Positions 1 to 9,832 of a stretch of 50,773 nucleotides of DNA are shown here, piece by piece. The translations under genes were made by a program, and so were the position numbers. How positions within the stretch are numbered: position 1 is the first letter of the stretch; each line of letters opens with the position of its first letter. The notes under the pieces were generated by a model that saw only the letters and a program-made list of their open reading frames with translations, was not told the DNA's origin and ran no database searches. The stretch lies in assembly GCA_947627525.1 (NCBI GenBank), contig CANQWJ010000001.1, forward strand, positions 1 to 50,773. Direction: 5' to 3'. Origin of the DNA: an uncultured Bacilli bacterium. GTDB lineage: Bacteria > Bacillota_I > Bacilli_A > RF39 > UBA660.

Positions 1-77
1 TAAAAGGACTGTCACCTGTTCAATTTAGGTTACAATCCTTAAATAATTAAACTGTCCAACTTTTGGGGTTCAGTTCA
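1..77. mobile_element. Possible terminal inverted repeat (outer end) of an IS3-family-like insertion sequence continuing beyond the left window edge
   Basis: Reverse complement of 52..77 reads TGAACTGAACCCCAAAAGTTGGACAG. From memory, this TG-terminus with ACTG..CCCCAAAAGTTGGACA resembles IS3/IS150-group inverted repeats. There is no ORF in 1..96 and the transposase is not in the window. Confidence 0.35.
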
Positions 78-96
78 TTTGATTAGGTCTTTTTTG

Positions 97-849
97 TTAT
101 TGTGCTAATTTGAAGAAATCAATCTTACTAGTTGCAGCACCTTGGGTAGCACCATTAACTATTTCAGTTGGAACTACTACATCACTTTCCTTATTAAAGG
201 AAGAGAATGTATAATTTGTTGCAATATTAGTATTAGTAGTGGCATCAGTTACTGCATAAGATATATTAGATATATATCCATCATTTGTAAATGTAACACT
301 AATTAGGACATTAGATAAAGTAGTATTACCTTCGACAATATTACTAGTAAATTGATATGTTTTTCCACCTATCATAGCAACATTATCTAAAGTCTTAACA
401 TACTCAATTACTTTTGAAAAATCAGGTAAAGTCATTTCTGCATTAGTATTCTTTTCCCATTTAACATTATCTGAAGAATAATATTCTAATTTATTAGCAA
501 TGTCATAGTAATAATAACTCATAGTACCATTAGATAATGTTGTAACGGTTTGAATAGTATTATTTTTAACATCAATATGATTGTTTGTATTTACTTCGAT
601 AGTAGTTTCACCTGTTGAAGCTACTGAACTAATTGCTAAATCATAATTTGTATAATCAGAATATTCTTTTATCGTCTTTTCTTTGAATTCAGAGCTATTA
701 ATCTCTTCTTCCTTATTTTCATTATTTTCTTGTTGTTTTGGAGTATCCTTGTTATCTCCATTCTTAGTTAAGAAAAAATAGCCACCACCAGCTAATGCAA
801 CTAAAGCAACTAGTATAATTAAAACACCAGTTTTTTTCATATTTTTCAT
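97..849 (-). CDS. Membrane-anchored secreted protein of unknown function (N-terminal TM helix, E/K/N-rich linker, beta-rich T/N/S-rich domain)
   Basis: 250-aa ORF with SD-like GAGGATGG upstream. N-terminus is MKNMKKTGVLIILVALVALAGGGYFF. No family motif recognised. Confidence 0.6.
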   Translation of the reverse strand: MKNMKKTGVLIILVALVALAGGGYFFLTKNGDNKDTPKQQENNENKEEEINSSEFKEKTIKEYSDYTNYDLAISSVASTGETTIEVNTNNHIDVKNNTIQTVTTLSNGTMSYYYYDIANKLEYYSSDNVKWEKNTNAEMTLPDFSKVIEYVKTLDNVAMIGGKTYQFTSNIVEGNTTLSNVLISVTFTNDGYISNISYAVTDATTNTNIATNYTFSSFNKESDVVVPTEIVNGATQGAATSKIDFFKLAQ

Positions 850-926
850 ATCACACCATCCTCGATTATAAATATACCATTTTTTTAAATAAATTAAAAG
901 AGGGAAAATGAAAAAAAGAGATAATT

Positions 927-3314
927 TTACTTATCTCTTAGAATAGCATTAAATTTGCTGCTGACAGAATCAATTGCTTTATTGAATAATTGCATTACTT
1001 CTTCATCATTTAACGTACGTGTTGGATCCATAAATGTTAACTTAAAGGCAATACTCTTTTTATCACTACCAATATTTTCCCCAACGTAATAATCAAATAT
1101 TTCAACTTTGTCAAGAATGTGACCACAAGCTTTTTTGATTACTTCACAAACATCACTACTTACGACATCACGGTCAAAAATAAATGCGAAATCTTTGACA
1201 ACTGTTGGATACTTAGAAATTTCTTTATTCTTAATACCACGAACTTTAACATTGAATAATTTATCTAAATCTAGTTCAAATGCATAAAGACGATTTTTAC
1301 TAATACTTGGATGGACGACACCAACGTAACCTACGACATCACGGTCAATAGTAATTCTAGCACTTTGATATGGATGAAAATCTTTTGGAAGATCAACCGT
1401 ATCAAAATGATAACGATTAGTAAATCCTAAATATTCAAACAAGTTTTCTAGAATTCCTTTAATAGTATAGAAATCAATGACGATTTTATCCTTGTGCCAG
1501 TCATTACTAATAAGAGTACCACAAAGAATTCCACTAACTAAAGACTTTTGCGTAGTTACGCCATTTTCTAAGTAATAAATATCACTATCTTCAAAAATCA
1601 TAATATCATTATTTTTTCTTGCTGTATTATAATTGACAACATTAATAAGTGATGGCAATAAACCAGTACGTAAATACTTTCGATCTTCACTCATTGGAGA
1701 AGCAATTGTAATATAGTCTTTTGGATCATTAGTAAAACGATTTAAACTATTAATATCCGTTAATGTGTAACATTTTACTTGATATAGACCAAGAGAAGTT
1801 AAACGATCTCTTACCAATTTATTAAAATAGTATTTATCTTCATAATGACCTGGTGTATTAGCTGTTACTGGTAAAGTAGAAGGTAATTTATCAATTCCTT
1901 CAATACGCCCTATCTCTTCAATTAAATCTTCTTTGATATGAATATCTAAACGATGAGAAGGAACATTAACAATAAATTTATCTTTTTCTACTTTGACATC
2001 GAAACTTAGTTTTTTAAAAGTATCTAAAACATCGTCATTAGTAAACTTTATACCTAAAAGCGAATTTACATCGTCTAAAGTTATTTCAATAATGTTTTCT
2101 TTATAGTCAATAGTATCATACTTTTGTAGTCCTTTAACAACGGTACCACCAGCATATTTTTCTAATAGATAACAAGCTCTATCAATAGCCATATAAGTAC
2201 GTTTTGGATCAATTCCTTTTTCAAAACGACTACTTGCTTCACTACGTAAAATCTTATTAGCAGTACGACGAATATTGCTAGAATTGAAAATAGCACTTTC
2301 AATAATAACTTCGGTTGTATCTTCTTCAACCTCGGAATTAAGTCCACCCATAACCCCAGCAAGACAAACAGGTCCTTCTTCGTTAGCGATGACAATATCT
2401 TGTTCTGATAAAGTACGTTCTTGACCATCAAGAGTAACAATCTTTTCATCTTTTTCAGCTTGACGAACAATTATCTTATTTCCAAGCGTACGATGGTCAA
2501 AGAAGTGAAGAGGCTGTCCATATTCCAACATTACATAGTTTGAGATATCAACGACATTATTGATGGAACGAACACCACTAGCCATTAATCTTGCTTTTAA
2601 CCAATTAGGACTTTCGCCTATTTTTAAGTTTTTAACACAACGGGCAAGATATAATGGACATTTATCTGTTTCGACATTAACACTGACATAGTCTTTGATG
2701 TCATCAACTTCTTCTTTAACTTTTGTTTCAGGAAGTTTAACTTTAGTACCAGTAATTGCCCCTATTTCATAAGCCATTCCAAGAACACTTAATAAGTCTC
2801 CCCTATTAGCTGTCAATTCAAAGTCGATAGTTGTATCATCATACCCTAAATATTTAAGTCCATCTTCGCCAATAGGAGCATCTTTATCTAAAACATAAAT
2901 TCCCATTTCACGCGTTTCACCAGTATACTTAGGATCTACTCCAAGTTCCGTCAAACTACAAATCATACCATTAGATTCGACACCACGGATAACACTTTTT
3001 TTAATTTCACCATCAGGAAGAACAGCACCTGGAAGAGAGACCAAAACTTTTTGTCCTTTATCAACGTTTGGAGCCCCACACACAATTTGGGTAACTTCAC
3101 CAGGAGCAATCTCTACTTGACAAACATGGAGATGATCACTATCAGGATGATCTTTAATCTCTTCAACATAACCAACAACAATTTTAGTAGCACTACTCAA
3201 TTTTTCAATTGTTTCATATTCATTACCAATCATTGTCATTGCTTCAGCAAGCTCATAGTCGGAGTAATTAGATGTATCAATATAATCATTTAAAAAATTA
3301 CGACTCAACTTCAT
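927..3314 (-). CDS. pheT: Phenylalanine--tRNA ligase beta subunit
   Basis: 795 aa. N-terminal tRNA-binding domain (VVGYVEEIKDHPDSDHLHVCQVEI..CGAPNV), then B3/4 and B5 regions and a C-terminal FDX-ACB-like end. The ATG overlaps the pheS stop (TAATG), and GGAGGAG lies inside the pheS 3' end. Confidence 0.97.
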   Translation of the reverse strand: MKLSRNFLNDYIDTSNYSDYELAEAMTMIGNEYETIEKLSSATKIVVGYVEEIKDHPDSDHLHVCQVEIAPGEVTQIVCGAPNVDKGQKVLVSLPGAVLPDGEIKKSVIRGVESNGMICSLTELGVDPKYTGETREMGIYVLDKDAPIGEDGLKYLGYDDTTIDFELTANRGDLLSVLGMAYEIGAITGTKVKLPETKVKEEVDDIKDYVSVNVETDKCPLYLARCVKNLKIGESPNWLKARLMASGVRSINNVVDISNYVMLEYGQPLHFFDHRTLGNKIIVRQAEKDEKIVTLDGQERTLSEQDIVIANEEGPVCLAGVMGGLNSEVEEDTTEVIIESAIFNSSNIRRTANKILRSEASSRFEKGIDPKRTYMAIDRACYLLEKYAGGTVVKGLQKYDTIDYKENIIEITLDDVNSLLGIKFTNDDVLDTFKKLSFDVKVEKDKFIVNVPSHRLDIHIKEDLIEEIGRIEGIDKLPSTLPVTANTPGHYEDKYYFNKLVRDRLTSLGLYQVKCYTLTDINSLNRFTNDPKDYITIASPMSEDRKYLRTGLLPSLINVVNYNTARKNNDIMIFEDSDIYYLENGVTTQKSLVSGILCGTLISNDWHKDKIVIDFYTIKGILENLFEYLGFTNRYHFDTVDLPKDFHPYQSARITIDRDVVGYVGVVHPSISKNRLYAFELDLDKLFNVKVRGIKNKEISKYPTVVKDFAFIFDRDVVSSDVCEVIKKACGHILDKVEIFDYYVGENIGSDKKSIAFKLTFMDPTRTLNDEEVMQLFNKAIDSVSSKFNAILRDK

Positions 3315-4363
3315 TATTTATCTCCTCCTTCGATGCGATTATAGTTCTTTAAGAAACGTAAATCATTAGTATAGAAATCACGAATATCATTTATTCCATA
3401 TTTAAGCATAGCAATACGTTCAATTCCAATTCCAAAGGCAAATCCTGTAAACTTATTAGAATCGAAACCACAACCGTTTAAAACATTAGGATGAACCATA
3501 CCACTACCTAAAACTTCGATCCATCCTGTTCCTTTACAAATGTTACATCCTTTACCACCACATTTCATACAAGAAACATCAACTTCATAACTAGGTTCGG
3601 TAAAAGGAAAGAAACTAGGACGGAAACGCACTTCACGGTCACGTCCAAACATTTTACGAGCCATTTCTTCAAGAGTTCCTTTTAAATCAGATAAAGTAAT
3701 ATTTTCACCAACAACTAACCCTTCCATTTGCATGAATTGATGAGAATGCGTTGCATCATCAGCATCTCTTCGATAAGTCTTCCCTGGACAAACAATCTTA
3801 AATGGCTTTTTCTCTTGATTTTTTAACATACTTCGAACTTGGACAGCACTAGTTTGTGTTCTAAGTAGTTCTTCATCAGTAATGTAAAAAGAATCTTGCG
3901 CATCTCTTGCTGGATGATCTTTTGGCAAGTTTAACATTTCAAAATTATATTTATCTATTTCTACTTCTGGACCTGATACGACATCATATCCCATTGATAT
4001 AAATAATTCTTCTAATTCATCACAAATCTTTGTTAAAGGGTGAACACCACCGACACTAACCTTAGTACTAGGCATTGAAATATCGATCTTTTCACTTGCT
4101 AGTTTTGCATTTAATTCTTTTTCTTTTAATGAACTTTCTAACTTTGTCATCTCTTCTGTCAATTCATTTTTTAAATCATTAGAAATACGACCTACTTCTT
4201 TTCTTTCATCAATGGAAAGTTCTTGCATATTTTTCGTAAGTTCGGTAATAAGTCCTTTTTTTCCAAGATATTTAATACGTAAATCATTTAAATCAGCCGT
4301 TGTCTTAACACTTTCTAAATCTTTACTAAATTCACTTCTAATCTTTTCTTGTTTTTCTTTCAT
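3314..4363 (-). CDS. pheS: Phenylalanine--tRNA ligase alpha subunit
   Basis: Class II motifs are present ([49 protein letters not shown]). I place the start at MKEKQEK (ATG 4361..4363), preceded by GGAGATGAGAGA. The 21 extra codons in the ORF track lie inside the T-box terminator. Confidence 0.95.
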   Translation of the reverse strand: MKEKQEKIRSEFSKDLESVKTTADLNDLRIKYLGKKGLITELTKNMQELSIDERKEVGRISNDLKNELTEEMTKLESSLKEKELNAKLASEKIDISMPSTKVSVGGVHPLTKICDELEELFISMGYDVVSGPEVEIDKYNFEMLNLPKDHPARDAQDSFYITDEELLRTQTSAVQVRSMLKNQEKKPFKIVCPGKTYRRDADDATHSHQFMQMEGLVVGENITLSDLKGTLEEMARKMFGRDREVRFRPSFFPFTEPSYEVDVSCMKCGGKGCNICKGTGWIEVLGSGMVHPNVLNGCGFDSNKFTGFAFGIGIERIAMLKYGINDIRDFYTNDLRFLKNYNRIEGGDK

Positions 4364-4376
4364 TCTCTCATCTCCT

Positions 4377-4600
4377 AAAAATAAAACACAGTTAAAATCA
4401 AAGGACGATTCTAACCGTGTTACCACCTTAATTCATAGTTTATACTATGCACTCAAAGTTCTTAACGCGAACTATTCGTTTAGCATTTTACTAAAAGCTC
4501 TTAGAACGAATTCATAGGTATTTATTTATTGTCTTTCACCAAAATGACAAATTCTCTAAAAATAAATATGATCTATTACTACTTTCTAGTCATCGCTTTT
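4377..4600 (-). promoter_or_regulatory. T-box leader (tRNA-Phe sensing) with intrinsic terminator/antiterminator
   Basis: Read on the minus strand. Stem I elements: GCGATGA, AGAAAGTAGTA, TTTAGAGAA (AG bulge), GGTGAAAG (distal loop). GAATTCGTTC carries candidate UUC specifier codons (e.g. 4508..4510). AGTA box and GCGTTA (F-box) are present. T-box sequence AATTAAGGTGGTAACACGG lies at 4415..4433. Terminator helix is AACACGGTTA (4412..4421) with TAACTGTGTT (4385..4394), followed by TTATTTTT. Confidence 0.8.
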
Positions 4601-4612
4601 CATAACAAACAT

Positions 4613-4642
4613 ATTATATCGCACAATAACAATGCAATGCAA
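4613..4642 (-). promoter_or_regulatory. Candidate sigma-A promoter of the pheST T-box transcript
   Basis: Minus strand: TTGCAT (4637..4642), 18 nt, TATAAT (4613..4618). Confidence 0.5.
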
Positions 4643-4665
4643 GAATATTTTATGAATATACTAAA

Positions 4666-4703
4666 ATAAAAATTAGGATTAATATAATAAAATATCCTAA
4701 TTT
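4666..4703 (-). terminator. Rho-independent terminator after the 4742..5347 gene
   Basis: Perfect 12-bp stem AAAAATTAGGAT / ATCCTAATTTTT with a 14-nt loop. It is flanked by a T-tract on the minus strand, with an A/T-tract on the other side, so it could act in both directions. Confidence 0.7.
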
Positions 4704-4741
4704 TTATCTAATTTATATAATCAATATGATAAATGTCAATA

Positions 4742-5347
4742 TTAAGAACCATTTCTATTTAATGGTTTCATTGTTTTTTGAATAGCTCTTCCTTTTCCTT
4801 CATCAGAAGAGTAATCACTAACAGGTTGTGAATACAACTTATCACTTTTACTTCCAGGTAACCCCGCCGTTAACTTTATATCATCAGACCATTGTTCAGC
4901 ACCCATCATAGCATTTATTCTAGCGCTATGATTACGTAACTCAATAGAACCATCTTTTTGATAAGACTTGGTCACTTCTTTAGAATCAGATGAAACTTTT
5001 GTATCATTCACTACGCTGTCCACCACATCTTCTCTTTTTTTATAGTTAATAAATTTTGCTCCTTCAGGATGTTCAGCTTTAGTATAGTATTTATTTTGAC
5101 TAAGCTGTTTCTCTAATCTTTCGTCTGAAGAACAAAAGTATACAATAAGACCAGCATATAATAAGATTGAAAAGGCAGCCACTGGCCAAAGCACAATTGA
5201 TGTAAGAATATTATTTAATCCTATTATTCTATTTTTTTCTCTTACATAACCCTTTTTTTTGGCTTTAGCATCAAATATTTTAGTAAGAATATAATCCTCA
5301 ACTAAGCATCCACATTCACAAATAACTCCTGTTAATAAATACGACAT
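4742..5347 (-). CDS. Hypothetical membrane protein (Cys-rich N-terminus, one or two TM helices, polar C-terminal tail)
   Basis: 201-aa ORF with SD AGAGGGGGAA. No family recognised. Confidence 0.6.
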   Translation of the reverse strand: MSYLLTGVICECGCLVEDYILTKIFDAKAKKKGYVREKNRIIGLNNILTSIVLWPVAAFSILLYAGLIVYFCSSDERLEKQLSQNKYYTKAEHPEGAKFINYKKREDVVDSVVNDTKVSSDSKEVTKSYQKDGSIELRNHSARINAMMGAEQWSDDIKLTAGLPGSKSDKLYSQPVSDYSSDEGKGRAIQKTMKPLNRNGS

Positions 5348-5384
5348 AATAAATAAATTCCCCCTCTTTTTCTAATTGTGACGT

Positions 5385-5413
5385 ATTATATCATATATGT
5401 CAAAAAATGTCAA
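5385..5413 (-). promoter_or_regulatory. Near-consensus sigma-A promoter (TTGACA-17-TGATATAAT)
   Basis: Minus strand: TTGACA (5408..5413), 17 nt including TG, then TATAAT (5385..5390). It sits between the frr stop and the 4742..5347 start. Confidence 0.65.
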
Positions 5414-5421
5414 GAAAAGAA

Positions 5422-5967
5422 CTATACTGTCAATAGTTCTTCATCTTTTTCTTTTAATTTATCATCGATTATTTTATTATATTCATTAACTAAGTTTTGA
5501 ATAGCTGTACTCTTACTCTTTTCTTCATCTTCAGGCAAATTAGCTTTTTCAATAGCTTCAATGGCTTCATGACGAACATTACGGATTGATACTTTACCTT
5601 CTTCACTAATAGCTTTAACTTGTTTAACTAACTCTTTTCTTCTATCTTCTGTAAGCATTGGAATGACAATACGAATTGTCTCGCCATCATTATTAGGAGT
5701 ATATCCCAAATTAGCATCAAAAATAGCCTTTTCAATAGCTGATAAACAACTACGATCAAATGGTTTAATAAGTAATTGTCTTGCTTCAGGAACAGATATT
5801 GTCGCAAGTTGTTTTAAAGGTGTCATTGCCCCATAATAATTAACCATAACACCATCTAAACTACTAGGGTTAGCACGTCCCGCTCTTACCGTTTGAAATT
5901 TCTTTTCCGTTGCTTCTACTGCTTTTTTCATTTTTTCTTCAGCATCTTTTAAATAATCAAAATCCAT
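5422..5967 (-). CDS. frr: Ribosome recycling factor
   Basis: VRAGRANPSSLDGVMVNYYGAMTPLKQLATISVPEARQLLIKPFD and the C-terminal helical bundle. Start taken at MDFDYL (ATG ends at 5967), preceded by GAGGAGAG. Confidence 0.95.
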   Translation of the reverse strand: MDFDYLKDAEEKMKKAVEATEKKFQTVRAGRANPSSLDGVMVNYYGAMTPLKQLATISVPEARQLLIKPFDRSCLSAIEKAIFDANLGYTPNNDGETIRIVIPMLTEDRRKELVKQVKAISEEGKVSIRNVRHEAIEAIEKANLPEDEEKSKSTAIQNLVNEYNKIIDDKLKEKDEELLTV

Positions 5968-6022
5968 CGTTTCATCTCTCCTCATTTTAATTTTACTAAA
6001 AAAAGATTATCTTATCAATAAA

Positions 6023-6460
6023 TTAAATAAAATATTTTAATTTAGTATAAAAATAATATAATAAAGAACCAATACTACCACCAATAGTATCAATTATAAT
6101 ATCTCGTATTTCACAACTACGCCCTATTATAAATAATTGATGTATTTCATCACTAACAGCATATAAACAAACAATTAAAATTGAACATAGCAAAACATTA
6201 ATAGAACTTATCTTTTTATTAAATAAAGCATTATATACTAAGAATCCCAATAGTAAATAAATACTGAAGTGGGCTATTTTTCTAATCAAAGTATGAAAAG
6301 CATCAAAAACAAAAATGTCATTTAAGTTAAATAGATCAAAAATGTTTCTGACAATTCCTGAACTAGTAGTACTGGATGCATTACTAGATTGATTAGAAAA
6401 ACAGAAAATAATAAACATTAATAATATTACCAAACCACATTTAAATATTTTCTTTTTCAT
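6023..6460 (-). CDS. VanZ-like family membrane protein
   Basis: 145 aa with 4 TM helices. Motifs: IRKIAHFSIYLLLGFL and SDEIHQLFIIGRSCEIRDIIIDTIGGSIG. Confidence 0.8.
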   Translation of the reverse strand: MKKKIFKCGLVILLMFIIFCFSNQSSNASSTTSSGIVRNIFDLFNLNDIFVFDAFHTLIRKIAHFSIYLLLGFLVYNALFNKKISSINVLLCSILIVCLYAVSDEIHQLFIIGRSCEIRDIIIDTIGGSIGSLLYYFYTKLKYFI

Positions 6461-6501
6461 GATTCACCTATATAAAAAGTAGACCAAAGTCTACTTCATT
6501 A

Positions 6502-6966
6502 TTATTTTTTCTTTTTTGTTGTAGTTTTCTTTTTTGGTGCTGATTTCTTTTTAGTTGGTACTTTTTTCTTACTAGTATTACTATTTTTCTTAGTTGGTGT
6601 TTCTTTAGTATTAGAAGAACTTGCCTTTTTAGGAGTTGTCTTTGATTTTTCTTCTGTCTTTTCTTCTTTTTTAACTTCCTTAACTTTAGCTTCAACAACG
6701 TCTTCTTTTTTTGTTGTACGTTCTTTAACTTTAATTTCTTCAATTGTCTTAGTTTCTACATCTTTCTTTTCTTTGCTCTCTTCATTCTTCTCGCCACGAT
6801 ATGTGAAACATAGTCCAATAAACTCAACAACAAGACCAAATCCCATAATGCAATTAGCGATTAAAGCATTTGCTCCTTCAATTAAATAACCATAACCTAA
6901 TGCACATATAAAAATTAATACACCAACTGCAAATATTACTTTTCCTAATTTATTATCTTTACTCAT
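6502..6966 (-). CDS. Small membrane protein with a long lysine-rich low-complexity C-terminal tail
   Basis: 154 aa with two N-terminal TM helices, then about 95 aa of K/E/T-rich sequence. SD is AGAGGAGTG. Confidence 0.65.
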   Translation of the reverse strand: MSKDNKLGKVIFAVGVLIFICALGYGYLIEGANALIANCIMGFGLVVEFIGLCFTYRGEKNEESKEKKDVETKTIEEIKVKERTTKKEDVVEAKVKEVKKEEKTEEKSKTTPKKASSSNTKETPTKKNSNTSKKKVPTKKKSAPKKKTTTKKKK

Positions 6967-7059
6967 ATTAACACTCCTCTATATAATAATAACATAAATG
7001 ATGAAAAATAAAAACATAATTTTTTTAAAAATTCAACTTAATCTTATAAAATTTAATAC

Positions 7060-7992
7060 TCAATTATTATTTTTATTTTTGAAATTTTCAAGAATAGCTT
7101 TTTGAGCCATTAAATAGGCATCATCAAGAGTACCACAAACAGCTAAAAATAGAGTTTTATGGCAAAAGATGGCACTCTTAATTCCTGATACTCTTTGAAG
7201 GTCATCATCAATTAAACCACCCCATTCTTTAGGGAAATCACATCTCGTAAGATAAGTATCCTTACTTTTAGGAATGGTATTAATATTGTATCCATTGCGA
7301 TTAGAAGGTGTGATAACAAACAAAATATCATTAGCTTTAGGATTACTTGATGTTATAACAAAGTCTTTAAATGGCAAATGTTTATCTAATACCATAATAT
7401 GATTAGTACTTTTTTCAATAGCTTCATCAACTATTTTTTTAGCACTAGCTTTCGCAAAACATTTTTTAACAGTCGCAGCAAAAATCATCAAAGCGATATC
7501 AACGGCCTGTTTGAAATAAATATCATTGTCAACTTCTTCATTCCAACAACAATTAAAGTCACCAATGATTGTATCAAGACTTCGATAGACGTATGGTGCA
7601 TTAATTACCGGAAATTCACCATTGTCAACCGCATCTATTCCTTCGACTAATTCTTTTTCAAGCATCGTAAAAACCATTTCCGCATACTCTTCATCAACAC
7701 GTCGTAAATAGTCCATTCCATACTTTTTAAAAATGAGACCAAAGGATGCATACTTTACTCCTGATGCATGACGCAAATTAAAGTCTTTCATGTGATGATC
7801 AAATTCACCATAGCCGACATCATAAACTAAAACATCTTTTTTTAAATCAGTTGGAACATCTAATACACGACAGACAACAGGATTATCAATAATTGTTGAA
7901 AGAAAAGCTGTCGCAAAAACTTCATCAGCATGAAACTTACCACCATGGGTAACCAAATTAGCTTCATAAACATTTTTGGTCATTTTAAGCAT
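7060..7992 (-). CDS. MYG1/UPF0160 family metal-dependent hydrolase
   Basis: N-terminal THGGKFHADEVFA and GYGEFDHH motifs. Start ambiguous among TTG 8004, ATG 7992 and ATG 7983. ATG 7992 follows GGTGAT. Confidence 0.85.
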   Translation of the reverse strand: MLKMTKNVYEANLVTHGGKFHADEVFATAFLSTIIDNPVVCRVLDVPTDLKKDVLVYDVGYGEFDHHMKDFNLRHASGVKYASFGLIFKKYGMDYLRRVDEEYAEMVFTMLEKELVEGIDAVDNGEFPVINAPYVYRSLDTIIGDFNCCWNEEVDNDIYFKQAVDIALMIFAATVKKCFAKASAKKIVDEAIEKSTNHIMVLDKHLPFKDFVITSSNPKANDILFVITPSNRNGYNINTIPKSKDTYLTRCDFPKEWGGLIDDDLQRVSGIKSAIFCHKTLFLAVCGTLDDAYLMAQKAILENFKNKNNN

Positions 7993-8025
7993 CTTTATCA
8001 CCAACTATGATTATATCAATTTTTC

Positions 8026-9165
8026 TTACTTTTCACTAGTATTTTTTTGCTTGACATAAGTTTTTTCCTTAATGTTATTCAAACGACGATAAATGTTATC
8101 ATTACGATAGTAAACATCATCCGTAATATCTTTTTCAACGGAAATGAAATTAGGAATAGTTACTTTAGTATTTTCATTAGTTAAATCAGTTTCCAAAATC
8201 ATTAGTCCTTTTGGATTAGTAAAGACATCCAAATAATAATATTGTCCTTGATAGGTAAAGCAATAACGACATTTACGAATTGGCTGTTCAATAGTTTTTT
8301 CTAACAATTCATCATATTCATCTTTTTTAATATATTTAGAAGTCGTAATTCTTTCATTTAAAACATCTGTATTACGCTTCGTTGTCTTACTATAAATACT
8401 ACTACCATCACGCGTCGTTTTACGAATCATCGTATCTTCATCTTCACTAATATCAACAAAGAATTGTTCTAACTCTAACTTGACTAAACGACAATTGTGT
8501 AAAAGTTCAAAATCAATACTGTCAACTAAGAATTTAGATTGTCTTTGAATTGGTAATGGATCCCCTAATTCTTCATAAATAACACCAATGGCTTTTTTAA
8601 TTTTATCATCAAATCTATTCTCGTTACCAAGAATGTGAATCTTTTTATGACCAACCCAACTATCAAGAGTTTGACGGTCTTTTTTAATAGCTTCTTCAGC
8701 AGTTTCTGTTCTAGCACTATTATTAGCCGTCGTATAATACTTACTAGCACCATCAGCAGCTGTTACCAAATGAATTACAGCGTCATACGAAGACATGATA
8801 TCTATTTCTTTTAAATTGCGCTCCTTTAGTAACATTTTAAAAGTCTTATCATCAATATAAGCACGATTGTCCATGATTCCACGATCACATAAGATTATAG
8901 TATCTTGTTGAACACTATCAGCATACTTAGTATATAATCTTTCTTTTTCTAATTGTAAATCTAAAACATATCTTTGAAATTCAACCATATCACAAGGATT
9001 ATTGCCGAAAGGCCTAATACCACCATTTATCAATTGGGTTGCCGTCTCATCAACAACAAACACTTTATATCCTTTCTCTGTAAATTCCTCAACAATTCTT
9101 TGCATAGCTGTTGTCTTACCGGCACAAGGTCCACCAGTAATCGCAAACTTTTTATGTCTATACAT
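8026..9165 (-). CDS. Fusion protein: NadR-type (AAA_28) P-loop ATPase/kinase domain plus C-terminal CYTH-like triphosphate-tunnel domain
   Basis: P-loop FAITGGPCAGKTT. C-terminal half matches the CYTH layout (..SKFLV.., IRKCRYCF, YYYLDVF, GLMILETDL, DITDDVYYRNDNI), but the ExExK signature reads QRQSK. Start at MYRHKKF (ATG ends at 9165) after GGGAGGT. Confidence 0.75.
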   Translation of the reverse strand: MYRHKKFAITGGPCAGKTTAMQRIVEEFTEKGYKVFVVDETATQLINGGIRPFGNNPCDMVEFQRYVLDLQLEKERLYTKYADSVQQDTIILCDRGIMDNRAYIDDKTFKMLLKERNLKEIDIMSSYDAVIHLVTAADGASKYYTTANNSARTETAEEAIKKDRQTLDSWVGHKKIHILGNENRFDDKIKKAIGVIYEELGDPLPIQRQSKFLVDSIDFELLHNCRLVKLELEQFFVDISEDEDTMIRKTTRDGSSIYSKTTKRNTDVLNERITTSKYIKKDEYDELLEKTIEQPIRKCRYCFTYQGQYYYLDVFTNPKGLMILETDLTNENTKVTIPNFISVEKDITDDVYYRNDNIYRRLNNIKEKTYVKQKNTSEK

Positions 9166-9205
9166 TTTAAACCTCCCACAAATAAATAATAATTTAATAT
9201 ATTTT

Positions 9206-9790
9206 TTAATGTATTTTACGAATTTTAGCTCTATCACCAGAAAAGTCTAGTTCATGAATAGACGCATGAGTAACCAAAAATTTTGTCTTATTCATTGATA
9301 AAGGTTCGTCATTCAAGATAAAATACAGCATATTGATAATACCTCGATGCGTGACAATTAAAGTGTTATCTTTATCAAAAAAGTAACCATCATCAATTAG
9401 CTTTTTAACACGATTATACATATCTTGCATACTCTCACCATTAGGATATGAATCATTTATTCCTAATCCCATAATAAACTTTTTTTCTTCTTCAGTTAAC
9501 TTTTCTTTTTCACGCCCCGTAAAAGTTCCTTTATCTAATTCCCGAATTAAAGAACTAGTTTCAAGTGGTATATCTCTATGCCAATTACGTTTTAAAATAT
9601 CTTGAACTAGTTTAGCACTCGTAACACTTCTTTTAATGTCACTCGTAATAATTCTATCGATTTTTAAGTTATCACGAATGTAATAGGCACTATCAACGAC
9701 GCCCACAACCCCTTCAGGAATTAAATCGACATCACTATAACCACCAATGAACTTTTCATCATCCAAGCCATGACGCATTAAATAAATCAT
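9206..9790 (-). CDS. Histidine phosphatase (phosphoglycerate mutase-like) family protein
   Basis: N-terminal MIYLMRHG catalytic motif and distal VTHRGIIN His motif. 194 aa. Confidence 0.85.
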   Translation of the reverse strand: MIYLMRHGLDDEKFIGGYSDVDLIPEGVVGVVDSAYYIRDNLKIDRIITSDIKRSVTSAKLVQDILKRNWHRDIPLETSSLIRELDKGTFTGREKEKLTEEEKKFIMGLGINDSYPNGESMQDMYNRVKKLIDDGYFFDKDNTLIVTHRGIINMLYFILNDEPLSMNKTKFLVTHASIHELDFSGDRAKIRKIH

Positions 9791-9832
9791 CTTTACTCCT
9801 TTCTAAATGTTACTACTTAATTAAATTCTCTA

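Noticed and set aside
2162-2470. Overlapping secondary ORFs listed in the six-frame track, either antisense or in an alternate frame of the same strand. They are 2162..2470, 3051..3293, 4212..4517, 6468..6743, 7399..7650, 8565..8753, 8974..9250, 11306..11578, 13180..13383, 15475..15696, 15929..16141, 17817..18038, 20609..20839, 23272..23745, 34560..34772, 36827..37066, 40845..41045, 42287..42478, 42624..42872, 43169..43363, 47287..48053, 48495..48701 and 49242..49706.
   Set aside because: All lie entirely within, or antisense to, longer ORFs that have clear family motifs. They lack SD sequences and have low-complexity, Leu/Ile/Phe/Ser-rich translations typical of shadow frames in AT-rich DNA.
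4364-4426. N-terminal 21-codon extension of pheS ([21 protein letters not shown]).
   Set aside because: It overlaps the T-box terminator helix and T-tract. A strong SD precedes the internal ATG at 4363.
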